This document shows, piece by piece, positions 7,790 through 16,628 of a stretch of DNA of 21,484 bases (positions within the stretch are counted from its first letter, which is position 1; each line of letters starts with the position of its first letter). The DNA is from Mesotaenium endlicherianum (taxonomy: Eukaryota): contig WELA01003621.1 in NCBI GenBank assembly GCA_009602735.1, forward strand, positions 124,001-145,484, given 5' to 3'. The notes beneath the pieces were generated by a model that was not told where the DNA came from, searched no databases, and was given only the letters and a program-made list of their open reading frames with translations. Position numbers and translations under genes: made by a program.

Positions 7790-8707
7790 TTACAACTCTT
7801 CTTTGCTGGCCTGTTCCAGGAACGCTTTCTCTTCATCTGTGAGTTGATCGTATCCGTGCTGGTTGATCTTATCCAGTATGGCATCGAGTTTTTGCTGGGA
7901 TACATGAGACGTTTTGGTGTATGGCTTCCTGTCTGATTTGTAAAACAGTCTTCCCTTACCTTCTTTCTTCGTATGTTTTTTTTCCGGGTTGAAGAGATCA
8001 TCTACCCAACTCACCAGGCGCATCATCCACAAAGACCAGTCCTGCCCCCTGCGCAACTGCCTGATAAAAAAGAAACCTGTGATGCCTGCTCCCAAATGTG
8101 CAATAACAATACCTGCGTTCGAACTGGCCAGGGTGGCAAAATCTATCGCCACATAAACAAGTGTCAGTACCCAAAGCGGAATACCTCCGTTGATCAGGGG
8201 GAAGATACGGTAATCGGGTGCCAGCGTGGTGGTGGCTACTGCAATGGCCATCACAGCTGCTCCGGCGCCCAGCATGGGTGCTATATTGTTCAGGTCCCGC
8301 GCCAGCACAGGCACCAGGTTATTGCTCAACAAAAAAAGTACACCGCCTATGAATCCTCCATAGAGGTAAAGAGGGAACAGTTTATTGTTGCCCGCGAGGT
8401 CTTGTAAAATGTATCCGAAGCACCACAACCACAGCATGCTGCTTACCAGTTGCCAAATGCCATGGTGCGCAAACATATATATCAGCAGGGTCCAGGGCCT
8501 GCCTGCCAGTTGTCCGAATGAAGCTGGTAGACTGAGCCAGTTGAGTACCTGCTGGTAAAACAATTCATTGGCGCTGCCCGATAAATAATAAATGATCTTG
8601 AGTGATATGATGCCGGCAAATAGTAGCATGTTGATGGCAAACAGCAACACCAGGGCATTGTTGTCTTGTCCGAGTAATATTTTGCGATTGCTTTTCATTG
8701 ATTGCAT
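7790..8707 (-). CDS. Rhomboid-family membrane protein with C-terminal helical domain; catalytic Ser absent (GAG in place of GAS)
   Basis: RPWTLLIYMFAH, LGAGAAVMA, AHLGAG and a soluble tail LDAILDKINQHGYDQLTDEEKAFL typical of the second Bacteroidota rhomboid. The start could alternatively be the ATG at 8698. Confidence 0.85.
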   Translation of the reverse strand: MQSMKSNRKILLGQDNNALVLLFAINMLLFAGIISLKIIYYLSGSANELFYQQVLNWLSLPASFGQLAGRPWTLLIYMFAHHGIWQLVSSMLWLWCFGYILQDLAGNNKLFPLYLYGGFIGGVLFLLSNNLVPVLARDLNNIAPMLGAGAAVMAIAVATTTLAPDYRIFPLINGGIPLWVLTLVYVAIDFATLASSNAGIVIAHLGAGITGFFFIRQLRRGQDWSLWMMRLVSWVDDLFNPEKKHTKKEGKGRLFYKSDRKPYTKTSHVSQQKLDAILDKINQHGYDQLTDEEKAFLEQASKEEL

Positions 8708-8725
8708 AGCCAGCTCCTTACTTCT

Positions 8726-9574
8726 TTAATAAAACGTCTTTTTATTCGTTTTGTTCCAGGTCATCACCATCAGCAATCCAACGATGGCGCCTCCAATATG
8801 CGCCCATCGCGCCACATTATCGCCTGCTGAATTCTCGAAGGCATAAAACACTTCGTATCCAAAGTAGATCAGTCCCAACCACTTGGCTTTGATAGGCACC
8901 AGGAAATAGAGATAGATATAGGTGTTGGGGAACAGGTACACAAAAGCAGCGAGCACTCCGAACACCGCGCCGCTGGCACCGATCGTGGCCATGTCGATGT
9001 TTTTTTCATAGTAATCCGTGACCACCTTGAACAATTGATTGGCAATTCCGGTGTCACCGGGATTGGCATCTATAAATGATACGAGACTGGGGTCCGCTGC
9101 ATATTGCAATTGGTATTTACGTCCAAATTGCATGATGGCATCTGTTAATGCCGCAGCGCTTCCATTCGAATGGCGGCTCACGATCGATGCATAGTCGTGC
9201 ATCATGGGCGTCAATTCATAACTCAGGAACAGCAGGTGTATGAAAGCAGCGCCAAGTCCGCATATAAAATAAAAGATCAGGAACCGCTTCGATCCCCAAA
9301 GATTCTCCAGTATCGATCCAAACATCCACAGCGCAAACATATTTCCAACAATATGCCAGAACCCGCCGTGCATGAACATGTGCGTAACAAGCTGCCAGGG
9401 CCTGAAGAGACTGCTTTGCCATGCATGCAGTGCAAAAAGGTCGTCCAGCTGTGCAGCAATAGCCGGGCTCTTTCCTATCGTATTCTGCGCCAGGAAAACC
9501 AATCCGTTGATGATGAGCAGGTTTTTGATGATGGTAGGTAATATCTCAAACCGGCTGGGCCTGAATTCTGTCAT
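8726..9574 (-). CDS. Rhomboid-family intramembrane serine protease (intact active site)
   Basis: RPWQLVTHMFMHGGFWHIVGNM (HxxxN), IGASGAVFG (catalytic Ser) and AHIGGA (catalytic His). Overlaps the rlmD stop by 4 nt (ATGA). Confidence 0.93.
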   Translation of the reverse strand: MTEFRPSRFEILPTIIKNLLIINGLVFLAQNTIGKSPAIAAQLDDLFALHAWQSSLFRPWQLVTHMFMHGGFWHIVGNMFALWMFGSILENLWGSKRFLIFYFICGLGAAFIHLLFLSYELTPMMHDYASIVSRHSNGSAAALTDAIMQFGRKYQLQYAADPSLVSFIDANPGDTGIANQLFKVVTDYYEKNIDMATIGASGAVFGVLAAFVYLFPNTYIYLYFLVPIKAKWLGLIYFGYEVFYAFENSAGDNVARWAHIGGAIVGLLMVMTWNKTNKKTFY

Positions 9575-10998
9575 TGATCCTTCAATTTTAACTGTACAAC
9601 GTTTTCTATGTGCAAGGTATGCGGGAACATGTCAACCGGCTGTATTTTTTCTACCCGGTACTTTTCATCCAGCAATCCCAGGTCGCGCGCCTGTGTTGCC
9701 GGATTGCAACTTACATAAACCACGGTGGGGGCTGCAATATCCAGTAGTTTTTTAACGAGCTTTTCATGCATGCCCGCCCTTGGCGGATCGGTGATCACCA
9801 CATCGGGCTGGCCATGGGTGGTAAAGAAAGCATCGTCGCATATATCGATCACATCACCCGTGAAAAAAGCGGTATGGGCCAGGCCGTTCAGTTGTGCATT
9901 TTCTTTAGCGTCGGCAATGGCATCGGCCACGGCTTCCACACCCACTACTTTCTGCGCTCCTTTGCTTACAAAAATACCAATACTGCCGGTGCCGCAATAC
10001 AGGTCGTAGACCACCTGGCTGCCGTCGAGCTCCGCGAAATCGCGCGTTACCTTGTATAATTTTTCGGCCTGGCGGGTATTGGTCTGGAAAAACGACTTGG
10101 GACTGATCTTAAACCTGAAATCTTCCAGTGTTTCTATAATATACCCTTTGCCATGATACACTTTGGGATCGAGGTCGTAGAGACTATCATTCTTTTTGGT
10201 ATTGATGGTATATAATAAGGTAGTGATCTGCGGAAAATCATGCAAGAGTTGATCGAGTAATTTTTTTCTCGCGCCTGCATCTTCATATCCGAATACCAGG
10301 TTCACCATCAGTTCACCGGTAGTGGTATTGCGCACCAGCATATTGCGCAGCCAGCCCTGGTGTTGTTTGATATCGTAAAACGGAAGTCCCTCTTCTATGG
10401 CAAACCGGGCGGCTGCCTTGCGCAGTTGATTGGTGGGTTCTTCCTGCAGGTAACAGGTATCGATCTCTACTACCCTGTCGAAAAATCCGCGTACATGAAA
10501 ACCTGCGGCGCCGGGTTGCGATTCCCAGGAAAGGCCGGCCGCTTTCATTTGCTGGAACTCATCGGCGGGGATGAATTTCCGCGTGGCGAAAGTATATTCC
10601 ATCTTGTTGCGGTAGCCGGTAGTAGCATCGGCGCCGATGATGGGTGAAATGGATGGCAAACTGATCCTGCCAATGCGCTGCAGGTTATCTGTTACCTGTT
10701 TTTGTTTGTACACGAGTTGTTGTTCGTAAGGCAGCATCTGCCATTGGCAACCTCCGCAAACACCGAAATGCGAACAAAAAGGTGTTACACGGGTGGGCGA
10801 TGGTGTTTTGATCTGGATGGCCTGGCCTTCGGCCCAGTCAGATTTGTTCTTTGATAACCTGATGTCTACTATATCTCCGGGCACAGCGCCTTCAATAAAT
10901 ATTACTTTTCCATCCACGCGCGACAAAGATTTTCCTTCAGCGGCATAGTCCTGTACCAAAACATTTTCTAAAATTGTATTTTTTCTTTGTTTTCCCAC
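9571..10998 (-). CDS. rlmD: 23S rRNA (uracil-C5)-methyltransferase RlmD/RumA
   Basis: TRAM domain, CSHFGVCGGC 4Fe-4S motif, YRNKMEY, SFFQTN, DLYCGTGSIG, DPPRAG, YVSCNPATQARD and DMFPHTLHIE. GTG start. Confidence 0.93.
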   Translation of the reverse strand: MGKQRKNTILENVLVQDYAAEGKSLSRVDGKVIFIEGAVPGDIVDIRLSKNKSDWAEGQAIQIKTPSPTRVTPFCSHFGVCGGCQWQMLPYEQQLVYKQKQVTDNLQRIGRISLPSISPIIGADATTGYRNKMEYTFATRKFIPADEFQQMKAAGLSWESQPGAAGFHVRGFFDRVVEIDTCYLQEEPTNQLRKAAARFAIEEGLPFYDIKQHQGWLRNMLVRNTTTGELMVNLVFGYEDAGARKKLLDQLLHDFPQITTLLYTINTKKNDSLYDLDPKVYHGKGYIIETLEDFRFKISPKSFFQTNTRQAEKLYKVTRDFAELDGSQVVYDLYCGTGSIGIFVSKGAQKVVGVEAVADAIADAKENAQLNGLAHTAFFTGDVIDICDDAFFTTHGQPDVVITDPPRAGMHEKLVKKLLDIAAPTVVYVSCNPATQARDLGLLDEKYRVEKIQPVDMFPHTLHIENVVQLKLKDQ

Positions 10999-11003
10999 GG
11001 TTG

Positions 11004-11011
11004 CAAATGTA
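11004..11011 (-). promoter_or_regulatory. -7 promoter element (TACATTTG) for the rlmD-rhomboid operon
   Basis: Exact TAnnTTTG on the minus strand, 5 nt before the GTG start. Confidence 0.6.
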
Positions 11012-11056
11012 ATCAGGATAGCCTATTTAACTACATTTACCATCCAATACCTTATT

Positions 11057-12517
11057 ATGAATCGTATCAGCATCTTTTTGGTCTTCCTTTGTTCGGGTCT
11101 TTCGCTTGCGGCACAGAAAAAAACAGCGCCTGTTAAACCCCAGGTTACTACCAACGGACGCAATATCAACATCACCCTTACCCCGCTTAAGAACTGCAAA
11201 GTGTACCTGGGCAGCTATATGGGCAAAGGCAAGGCGCTGGTTGATTCCGCCATGCTGAACGATAAAAGCCAGGGGGTGTTTCGCGGCGCCAACAAACTCA
11301 CAGGTGGTATTTATTTCGTGGTATCGCCGCAACTCACCATTCAGTTTGAATTATTGATGGATGACAAGCAGCATTTTTCCATTGCAGCCGATACCGCACT
11401 CAAAGAACAGGCAGTGATCACCGGTTCTTTCGATAACGACCTTTTCAAAACCTATTCTGAAATATCTACTGCACAGGGTAAAAAGATCCAGCAATACGAA
11501 GCTGCTTATCATGCAGCAAGGACCAGCGCCGATTCAGCCGCTGCAAAGGCCGAGTTGGTCAAAGCCGATAAAGCGATCCGTCAATACCAGTCAGATATCA
11601 TTGCAAAATATCCGCAATCGCTGCTGGCCATGTTGTTCAATACCATGAAGCGGCCTACGGCGCCGGCTATCCCCGTTGTAAATGGCAAGGCCGATTCGTT
11701 GTATCCTTATCGCTTTGTAAAAGAACATTTTTGGGATGATGTGAATTTTAACGACGACCGCCTGCTGCGCACGCCATTCTTTGAACTCAAGCTTGATGAA
11801 TATTTTAAATACTATGTATCACCCGAACCCGACTCTATTATTGCAGAAGTGAAATACATATTACTGTATGCCAGAACGGGTAAAGAGATCTATCCTTACC
11901 TGCTCACCAAGTTCACCAACAAATACATGAATCCCGAATTCATGGGGCAGGACAAAGTATTTGTGTATCTCTTTGAGAATTTTTATGCTAAGGGCGATAC
12001 CGTGTTGCTGAACCAGGCTTCGCGCAAAACGGTTACGGAGCGGGCTTATTTCCTGATGGCCAACCAGATCGGTCAGCCCGCGCCCACACTCAACCTCAGC
12101 GATACCTCGGGCAAAGCCGTGTCTTTATATGCTATCCAGGCGCCTTTTACCATGATCGCTTTCTGGGATCCCAACTGCGGGCATTGCAAGGAAGAAATTC
12201 CACGACTCGATTCATTGTATAAAGCCAAGTGGAGAAACATGGGCGTGAAAGTGTTATCGGTGAATATTTATGAAAATGAAATTCCTTCCTGGAAAAAATT
12301 CATAGCGGCCAAGAGCTTATCATCCGACTGGCTGCAGGCTTACGAAACAAAAGAAGCTAAAGAAGCCACTGAAAAATCAGGACAGGCTAATTACCGTCAG
12401 TTATTCGACATCATCAAGACCCCTACTTTCTACCTGCTCGACAAAGACAAACACATCATTGCAAAGCAACTCAGCCTGGAGCAGTTCGATGATATTTTGA
12501 AAATAAAAACGAAGTAA
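11057..12517 (+). CDS. Exported TlpA/thioredoxin-like disulfide oxidoreductase with a large N-terminal region (DUF5106-type)
   Basis: Signal peptide, HFWDDVNFNDDRLLRTP segment, and a C-terminal thioredoxin fold with IGQPAP, FWDPNCGHCKEEIP (CxxC) and TPTFYLLDKD. Confidence 0.82.
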   Translation: MNRISIFLVFLCSGLSLAAQKKTAPVKPQVTTNGRNINITLTPLKNCKVYLGSYMGKGKALVDSAMLNDKSQGVFRGANKLTGGIYFVVSPQLTIQFELLMDDKQHFSIAADTALKEQAVITGSFDNDLFKTYSEISTAQGKKIQQYEAAYHAARTSADSAAAKAELVKADKAIRQYQSDIIAKYPQSLLAMLFNTMKRPTAPAIPVVNGKADSLYPYRFVKEHFWDDVNFNDDRLLRTPFFELKLDEYFKYYVSPEPDSIIAEVKYILLYARTGKEIYPYLLTKFTNKYMNPEFMGQDKVFVYLFENFYAKGDTVLLNQASRKTVTERAYFLMANQIGQPAPTLNLSDTSGKAVSLYAIQAPFTMIAFWDPNCGHCKEEIPRLDSLYKAKWRNMGVKVLSVNIYENEIPSWKKFIAAKSLSSDWLQAYETKEAKEATEKSGQANYRQLFDIIKTPTFYLLDKDKHIIAKQLSLEQFDDILKIKTK

Positions 12518-12522
12518 CCATT

Positions 12523-12558
12523 ATAGATTTTATCTATCAATCTATAGATATTATATAT
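12523..12558. promoter_or_regulatory. OxyR-like (LysR-type) operator upstream of ahpC
   Basis: ATAG-N7-CTAT-N6-ATAG-N7-ATAT, close to the OxyR consensus ATAG-N7-CTAT-N7-ATAG-N7-CTAT, directly upstream of a peroxiredoxin gene. Confidence 0.62.
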
Positions 12559-12672
12559 AGAAAGCTATCATCGAATAGCTGACATTTGCATTATAATCAA
12601 ACCGGCTACCGGTCATTTACATCTTTATTATTGCTTGTCCATTTTCAGTATTGTAAAAAACAACTACACAAT

Positions 12673-13242
12673 ATGAGTAACAGGGTATTATCTATTGGAA
12701 GCCGGTTTCCTGCATTCAAGAAAAAAGCAGTGGTTTCTATCGAGAAAGGAAAAGAGTTCATTGAATTAACAAACGAGTATGCAACTGAAAAAGGCAAATG
12801 GACTGTGCTATTCTGGTGGCCCAAGGATTTTACATTTGTTTGTCCTACTGAGATTGCCGAATTCAACAAAAAAAACAGCGAATTCACCGACCGCGATGCG
12901 GTACTGATCGGCGCTTCTACCGATTCTGAATTTGTACACGCCGCCTGGAGAAAGGACCACAACGACCTGCGCGACCTGAAATTCCCCATGCTGGCCGATA
13001 CTTCCAAATCGCTGGCCGAAGAGCTGGGTATCCTGGATGCAGAAGAAAAGATCGCATACCGCGCTACTTTCATCATCGATCCGCAGGGTATCGTTCGCTG
13101 GGTAAGTGTGTATGACCTGAATGTAGGCCGTAGCGTGCAGGAAGTGATCCGTGTACTGGATGCTTTGCAAACCGACGAGCTCTGCCCCTGTAACTGGAGC
13201 AAAGGCGAAGAAACCCTCACCACACAGTTGAACCTGAATTAA
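12673..13242 (+). CDS. ahpC: Peroxiredoxin, alkyl hydroperoxide reductase C
   Basis: WPKDFTFVCPTEI (peroxidatic Cys), RATFIIDP, GRSVQE and DELCPCNW. Start set at ATG 12673 (MSNRVLSIG) rather than the track's TTG 12586. Confidence 0.95.
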   Translation: MSNRVLSIGSRFPAFKKKAVVSIEKGKEFIELTNEYATEKGKWTVLFWWPKDFTFVCPTEIAEFNKKNSEFTDRDAVLIGASTDSEFVHAAWRKDHNDLRDLKFPMLADTSKSLAEELGILDAEEKIAYRATFIIDPQGIVRWVSVYDLNVGRSVQEVIRVLDALQTDELCPCNWSKGEETLTTQLNLN

Positions 13243-13252
13243 TACCTGTATC

Positions 13253-13849
13253 ATGAGTGAATCCATCATACAAAATGAAACTTTCAGCAACCTGCTCAAC
13301 GACCTGCAGTTGTCTGACTACGCCGTTTCTGCCAATGCACAGGCGCTGCTCGACGTGGATGCCAAATACATCCGCGACCTGAAGATCAATGTGGGCAATG
13401 TGCTCAACAACACGCAATACCTGAACAAAAAGGAAGCGTTGTTGCTGGCGCTGGCGGTAGCCGTGAATGAAAAGCATACAGCGCTCAGCGAAAGTTTCTC
13501 GCGCCAGGCGCTCGAAGCCGGCGCCAATGAAGGCGAACTGGCAGAGATCGTTGCCTGTACATCGCTGATGAATACCAATAATATATTTTACCGTTTTCGC
13601 CATTTCACCAATAAAGAATTCTACCAGAACCATCCGGCCGGTATCAAAATGAGCATCATGATGAACCCGGTATTGGGAAAAGAGTTCTTTGAACTGGTGA
13701 GCCTGGTGATCTCGGCAGTAAATGGTTGTGAGCTGTGCGTGCGATCGCATGAGCAATCTGTTTTACAGCATGGGAGCAGTGAAGCAAGGGTATTGGAAGC
13801 TGTTAAACTGGGTGCAGTGCTGAAGGGACTGATCACCGTACTGGCTTAG
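13253..13849 (+). CDS. ahpD: Alkylhydroperoxidase AhpD (carboxymuconolactone decarboxylase family)
   Basis: MNTNNIFYRF and FELVSLVISAVNGCELCVRSHE (ExxxxxxSxxNGCxxCxxxH); lies 10 nt downstream of ahpC. Confidence 0.9.
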   Translation: MSESIIQNETFSNLLNDLQLSDYAVSANAQALLDVDAKYIRDLKINVGNVLNNTQYLNKKEALLLALAVAVNEKHTALSESFSRQALEAGANEGELAEIVACTSLMNTNNIFYRFRHFTNKEFYQNHPAGIKMSIMMNPVLGKEFFELVSLVISAVNGCELCVRSHEQSVLQHGSSEARVLEAVKLGAVLKGLITVLA

Positions 13850-13871
13850 TGTGAGTGATAGAATGGGGTTG

Positions 13872-13901
13872 AAAAAGAGCGGGCAAGCCCGCTCTTTTTT
13901 T
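13872..13901 (+). terminator. Intrinsic terminator after ahpD (A/T-flanked, likely bidirectional)
   Basis: AAAAAGAGCGGG-CAAG-CCCGCTCTTTTTTT: a perfect stem followed by a U-tract. Confidence 0.88.
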
Positions 13902-13990
13902 ATTTATAAAGCCCCTTTCCGGCGATTTGACTTATTTTTAACGGCTGGGGTGCAGTCAATTCTATTATTTTTGCCCCTCATAGCTATCAA

Positions 13991-14725
13991 ATGAAAAAAA
14001 CACTACTATTACTGCTGGGCGTTTCTCTGAGCATTTTATCTATTGCACAAACGGAAACAAACACTAAGAAAGACTGGAGTAAAATAGATATCAGCAGCAG
14101 GTCGGCCGACCATTTCATGATCCAATATGGTATCGACAGCTGGCAGGGCGCTCCCGACAGCGTAAAAACCAGCGGTTTCAGCCGGCATTTCAACTTTTAT
14201 TTCATGTTGGATAAGCCCTTCAAGACCAACCCTCATTTCAGTGTGGGACTGGGCGCGGGCATCGGTACCAGTAATATGTTCTTTCATAACACCAAGGTGG
14301 ACATCAAATCCATGTCTTCCAAACTGCCCTTCATCAACCAGGACAGTACCGATCATTTCAAAAAGAACAAGCTTACTACCATATTCCTGGAAGTGCCTGT
14401 TGAATTGCGCTATTATGCCAATCCCGCCAATCCCAACAAATCCTGGAAAGCGGCCCTGGGCGTGAAAGTGGGTACTTTGCTGAAGGCTTACACCAAGGGT
14501 AAGAACCTGGTGAACAAGAACGGCGCTTCTATTTATGGACCTTCTTATATTGTAAAAGAGTACGACAAACGTTTCATCGACGGCACCATGCTGGCGGTAA
14601 CCGGCCGTATTGGTTATGGTATCATTTCGCTGGATGCGGGGTACCAGATCACCAGCGTATTGAAAGACGGCGTAGGGCCGAATATGCACAAATTCTCTAT
14701 CGGGCTTACAATCAGCGGGCTTTAA
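13991..14725 (+). CDS. Outer-membrane beta-barrel protein (porin/PorT-like)
   Basis: Signal peptide, alternating beta-strand pattern (FSVGLGAGIG, FLEVPVELRY, VTGRIGYG) and C-terminal FSIGLTISGL. A TATTTTTG -7 box lies at 13966-13973. Confidence 0.72.
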   Translation: MKKTLLLLLGVSLSILSIAQTETNTKKDWSKIDISSRSADHFMIQYGIDSWQGAPDSVKTSGFSRHFNFYFMLDKPFKTNPHFSVGLGAGIGTSNMFFHNTKVDIKSMSSKLPFINQDSTDHFKKNKLTTIFLEVPVELRYYANPANPNKSWKAALGVKVGTLLKAYTKGKNLVNKNGASIYGPSYIVKEYDKRFIDGTMLAVTGRIGYGIISLDAGYQITSVLKDGVGPNMHKFSIGLTISGL

Positions 14726-14757
14726 ATTGTTCGTGTGAATATATCATTATCATTGAG

Positions 14758-14788
14758 AGGGCGATGCTGAATGGCATTGCCCTTTTTT
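14758..14788 (+). terminator. Intrinsic terminator after the beta-barrel gene
   Basis: AGGGCGATGC-TGAATG-GCATTGCCCT stem (one G-U pair) followed by a T-run. Confidence 0.78.
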
Positions 14789-14803
14789 ATTAACGATCCA
14801 CCC

Positions 14804-14811
14804 TACCTTTG
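14804..14811 (+). promoter_or_regulatory. -7 promoter element (TACCTTTG) for hflX
   Basis: Exact TAnnTTTG right after the upstream terminator, 6 nt before the hflX ATG. Confidence 0.65.
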
Positions 14812-14817
14812 CACCCT

Positions 14818-16005
14818 ATGATCGAAAAAAAGCAGGTTATACAGCGTGAAGAAAAGGCTGTGCTGGTGGGATTGATACAGAAAGATCAGACCAATGAACA
14901 GGTTGCCGAATACCTCGATGAACTGGCGTTCCTCTCTGAGACCGCCGGGGCTATTGCTATTAAGCGGTTTACACAAAAGATGGCGCATCCCGACAGCCGC
15001 ACTTTTGTAGGAAAGGGCAAGCTGGAAGAGATACGCGAATATGCAACGGACAGGGAGATAGACCTCGTTATTTTCGACGACGAGCTCACCGGCTCACAAA
15101 TCACCAATATTGAAAAAGAGCTCGGCATCAAAGTGATCGACCGCAGCGACCTCATCCTCGATATTTTCGCACGGCGCGCCCGTACAGCGCAGGCCAAAGT
15201 GCAGGTAGAGCTGGCGCAATACCAATACCTGCTGCCCCGCCTCAAGGGTATGTGGAAGCACCTTGAAAGACAGGGAGGTGGTATCGGTACACGCGGACCA
15301 GGTGAAACGGAGATCGAAACCGACCGTCGTATTGTGAAGGATAAGATATCGCTCTTACGTAAGCGTTTGACGGAAATAGACAAGCAGTCCTTCACCCAAC
15401 GCAAAGACCGCGGCGAGCTGATACGTGTTTCACTGGTGGGTTATACCAATGTGGGCAAAAGCACGCTGATGAATTTACTGAGCAAGAGCGAAGTGTTTGC
15501 CGAAAACAAATTGTTCGCTACGCTCGATACCACTACCCGCAAAGTGGTATTTGAAAACACACCTTTTTTATTGAGTGATACCGTAGGATTTATTCGCAAA
15601 CTGCCGCACCACCTGGTAGAAAGTTTCAAGAGTACACTGGATGAAGTGAGAGAGGCAGATATTTTATTGCACGTAGTAGATATTTCCCATCCGCAATATG
15701 AAGAGCAGATAGGTGTGGTGAACAAGACCTTGCAAGACCTGAAAGCTTTTGAAAAGCCCATACTCACCATTTTCAATAAAATGGACCTGTATGAAGAGCG
15801 CACGTTCGACGAATGGCTGGAAGACAGTGTGAAAACAGAGATCTTGCAGGACCTGAAAGACCGTTGGGATGAAATTACCCATAACAATTGCGTATTCGTT
15901 TCGGCCCTGGAGCGAAGAAATGTAGATGCCCTGCGCGAGTTGATTTTGAATAAAGTGCGCGATATGTACCAGGTGCGTTATCCTTACCGCACCGTTCATT
16001 TTTAG
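14818..16005 (+). CDS. hflX: Ribosome-splitting GTPase HflX
   Basis: LILDIFARRART, GGGIGTRGPGETEIETDRR, G1 GYTNVGKS, LFATLDTT, G3 DTVG and G4 NKMD. Start set at ATG 14818. Confidence 0.97.
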   Translation: MIEKKQVIQREEKAVLVGLIQKDQTNEQVAEYLDELAFLSETAGAIAIKRFTQKMAHPDSRTFVGKGKLEEIREYATDREIDLVIFDDELTGSQITNIEKELGIKVIDRSDLILDIFARRARTAQAKVQVELAQYQYLLPRLKGMWKHLERQGGGIGTRGPGETEIETDRRIVKDKISLLRKRLTEIDKQSFTQRKDRGELIRVSLVGYTNVGKSTLMNLLSKSEVFAENKLFATLDTTTRKVVFENTPFLLSDTVGFIRKLPHHLVESFKSTLDEVREADILLHVVDISHPQYEEQIGVVNKTLQDLKAFEKPILTIFNKMDLYEERTFDEWLEDSVKTEILQDLKDRWDEITHNNCVFVSALERRNVDALRELILNKVRDMYQVRYPYRTVHF

Positions 16006-16010
16006 TTTCC

Positions 16011-16361
16011 ATGACAGAAAAAAAGATCAGCTGGTTCAAGATTGCCGATGATGCTGCCTTACTTCCATGGCAAGACAATAATATGTGCCAGATAGAAGCA
16101 GATGGTAAAAAAATAACCATGGCGCGTTTTGGAAGCCAGTTCTATGCTTTTGCGCAAAAATGCCCGCATGCCAGCGGCATCATGTCCGATGGATATATTG
16201 ATGCACAGGGCCATGTAGTATGCCCGGTACACCGTTATCGCTTTAATATGCAAAATGGTCGTAATACGAGTGGCGAGGGTTATTACCTCAAAACCTATTT
16301 AGCCGAACAGCGCCCGGATGGCATATATATTGGGATAGAACAGAAGGGTTGGTGGTTATGA
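16011..16361 (+). CDS. Rieske (2Fe-2S) ferredoxin domain protein
   Basis: CPH...CPVH Rieske ligands (QKCPHASG, VVCPVHRYRF). Confidence 0.9.
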   Translation: MTEKKISWFKIADDAALLPWQDNNMCQIEADGKKITMARFGSQFYAFAQKCPHASGIMSDGYIDAQGHVVCPVHRYRFNMQNGRNTSGEGYYLKTYLAEQRPDGIYIGIEQKGWWL

Positions 16362-16433
16362 GATATTTTTTCTGAACTGGTTTTTCCGGAATACATTTTT
16401 CCCTATTTTTGCAACCCCGAATAGGGCAGGTAT

Positions 16434-16507
16434 TCCCAAATAGCTCAGTTGGTTAGAGCATCTGACTGTTAATCAGAGGGTCGCTGGTTCAAGTCCAGCT
16501 TTGGGAG
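16434..16507 (+). tRNA. tRNA-Asn (GTT)
   Basis: Acceptor stem TCCCAAA/TTTGGGA, D-arm GCTC-AGTTGGTTA-GAGC, anticodon arm TCTGA-CTGTTAA-TCAGA, T-arm GCTGG-TTCAAGT-CCAGC and discriminator G; CCA is not encoded. A TATTTTTG -7 box lies at 16404-16411. Confidence 0.97.
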
Positions 16508-16511
16508 CAGC

Positions 16512-16544
16512 AAACCCGTAGAACGTATGTTTTATGGGTTTTTT
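16512..16544 (+). terminator. Hairpin/terminator after tRNA-Asn
   Basis: AAACCCGTAGAAC-GTAT-GTTTTATGGGTTT stem with G-U pairs, followed by a T-run. Confidence 0.65.
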
Positions 16545-16628
16545 ATTGCCTATAACCCATCTTTTTGCCCCATTTCCGATTGATTTTGGTACCGGATTGG
16601 TACCCAACTTCCCGTTTTCTGGTACCCA

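Noticed and set aside
12645..13756. Long minus-strand ORFs (192, 163 and 179 aa) opposite ahpC/ahpD
   Set aside because: Antisense shadows of well-supported genes. The same applies to the shadow ORFs over hflX, the EEP gene, the beta-barrel gene and lpxD.
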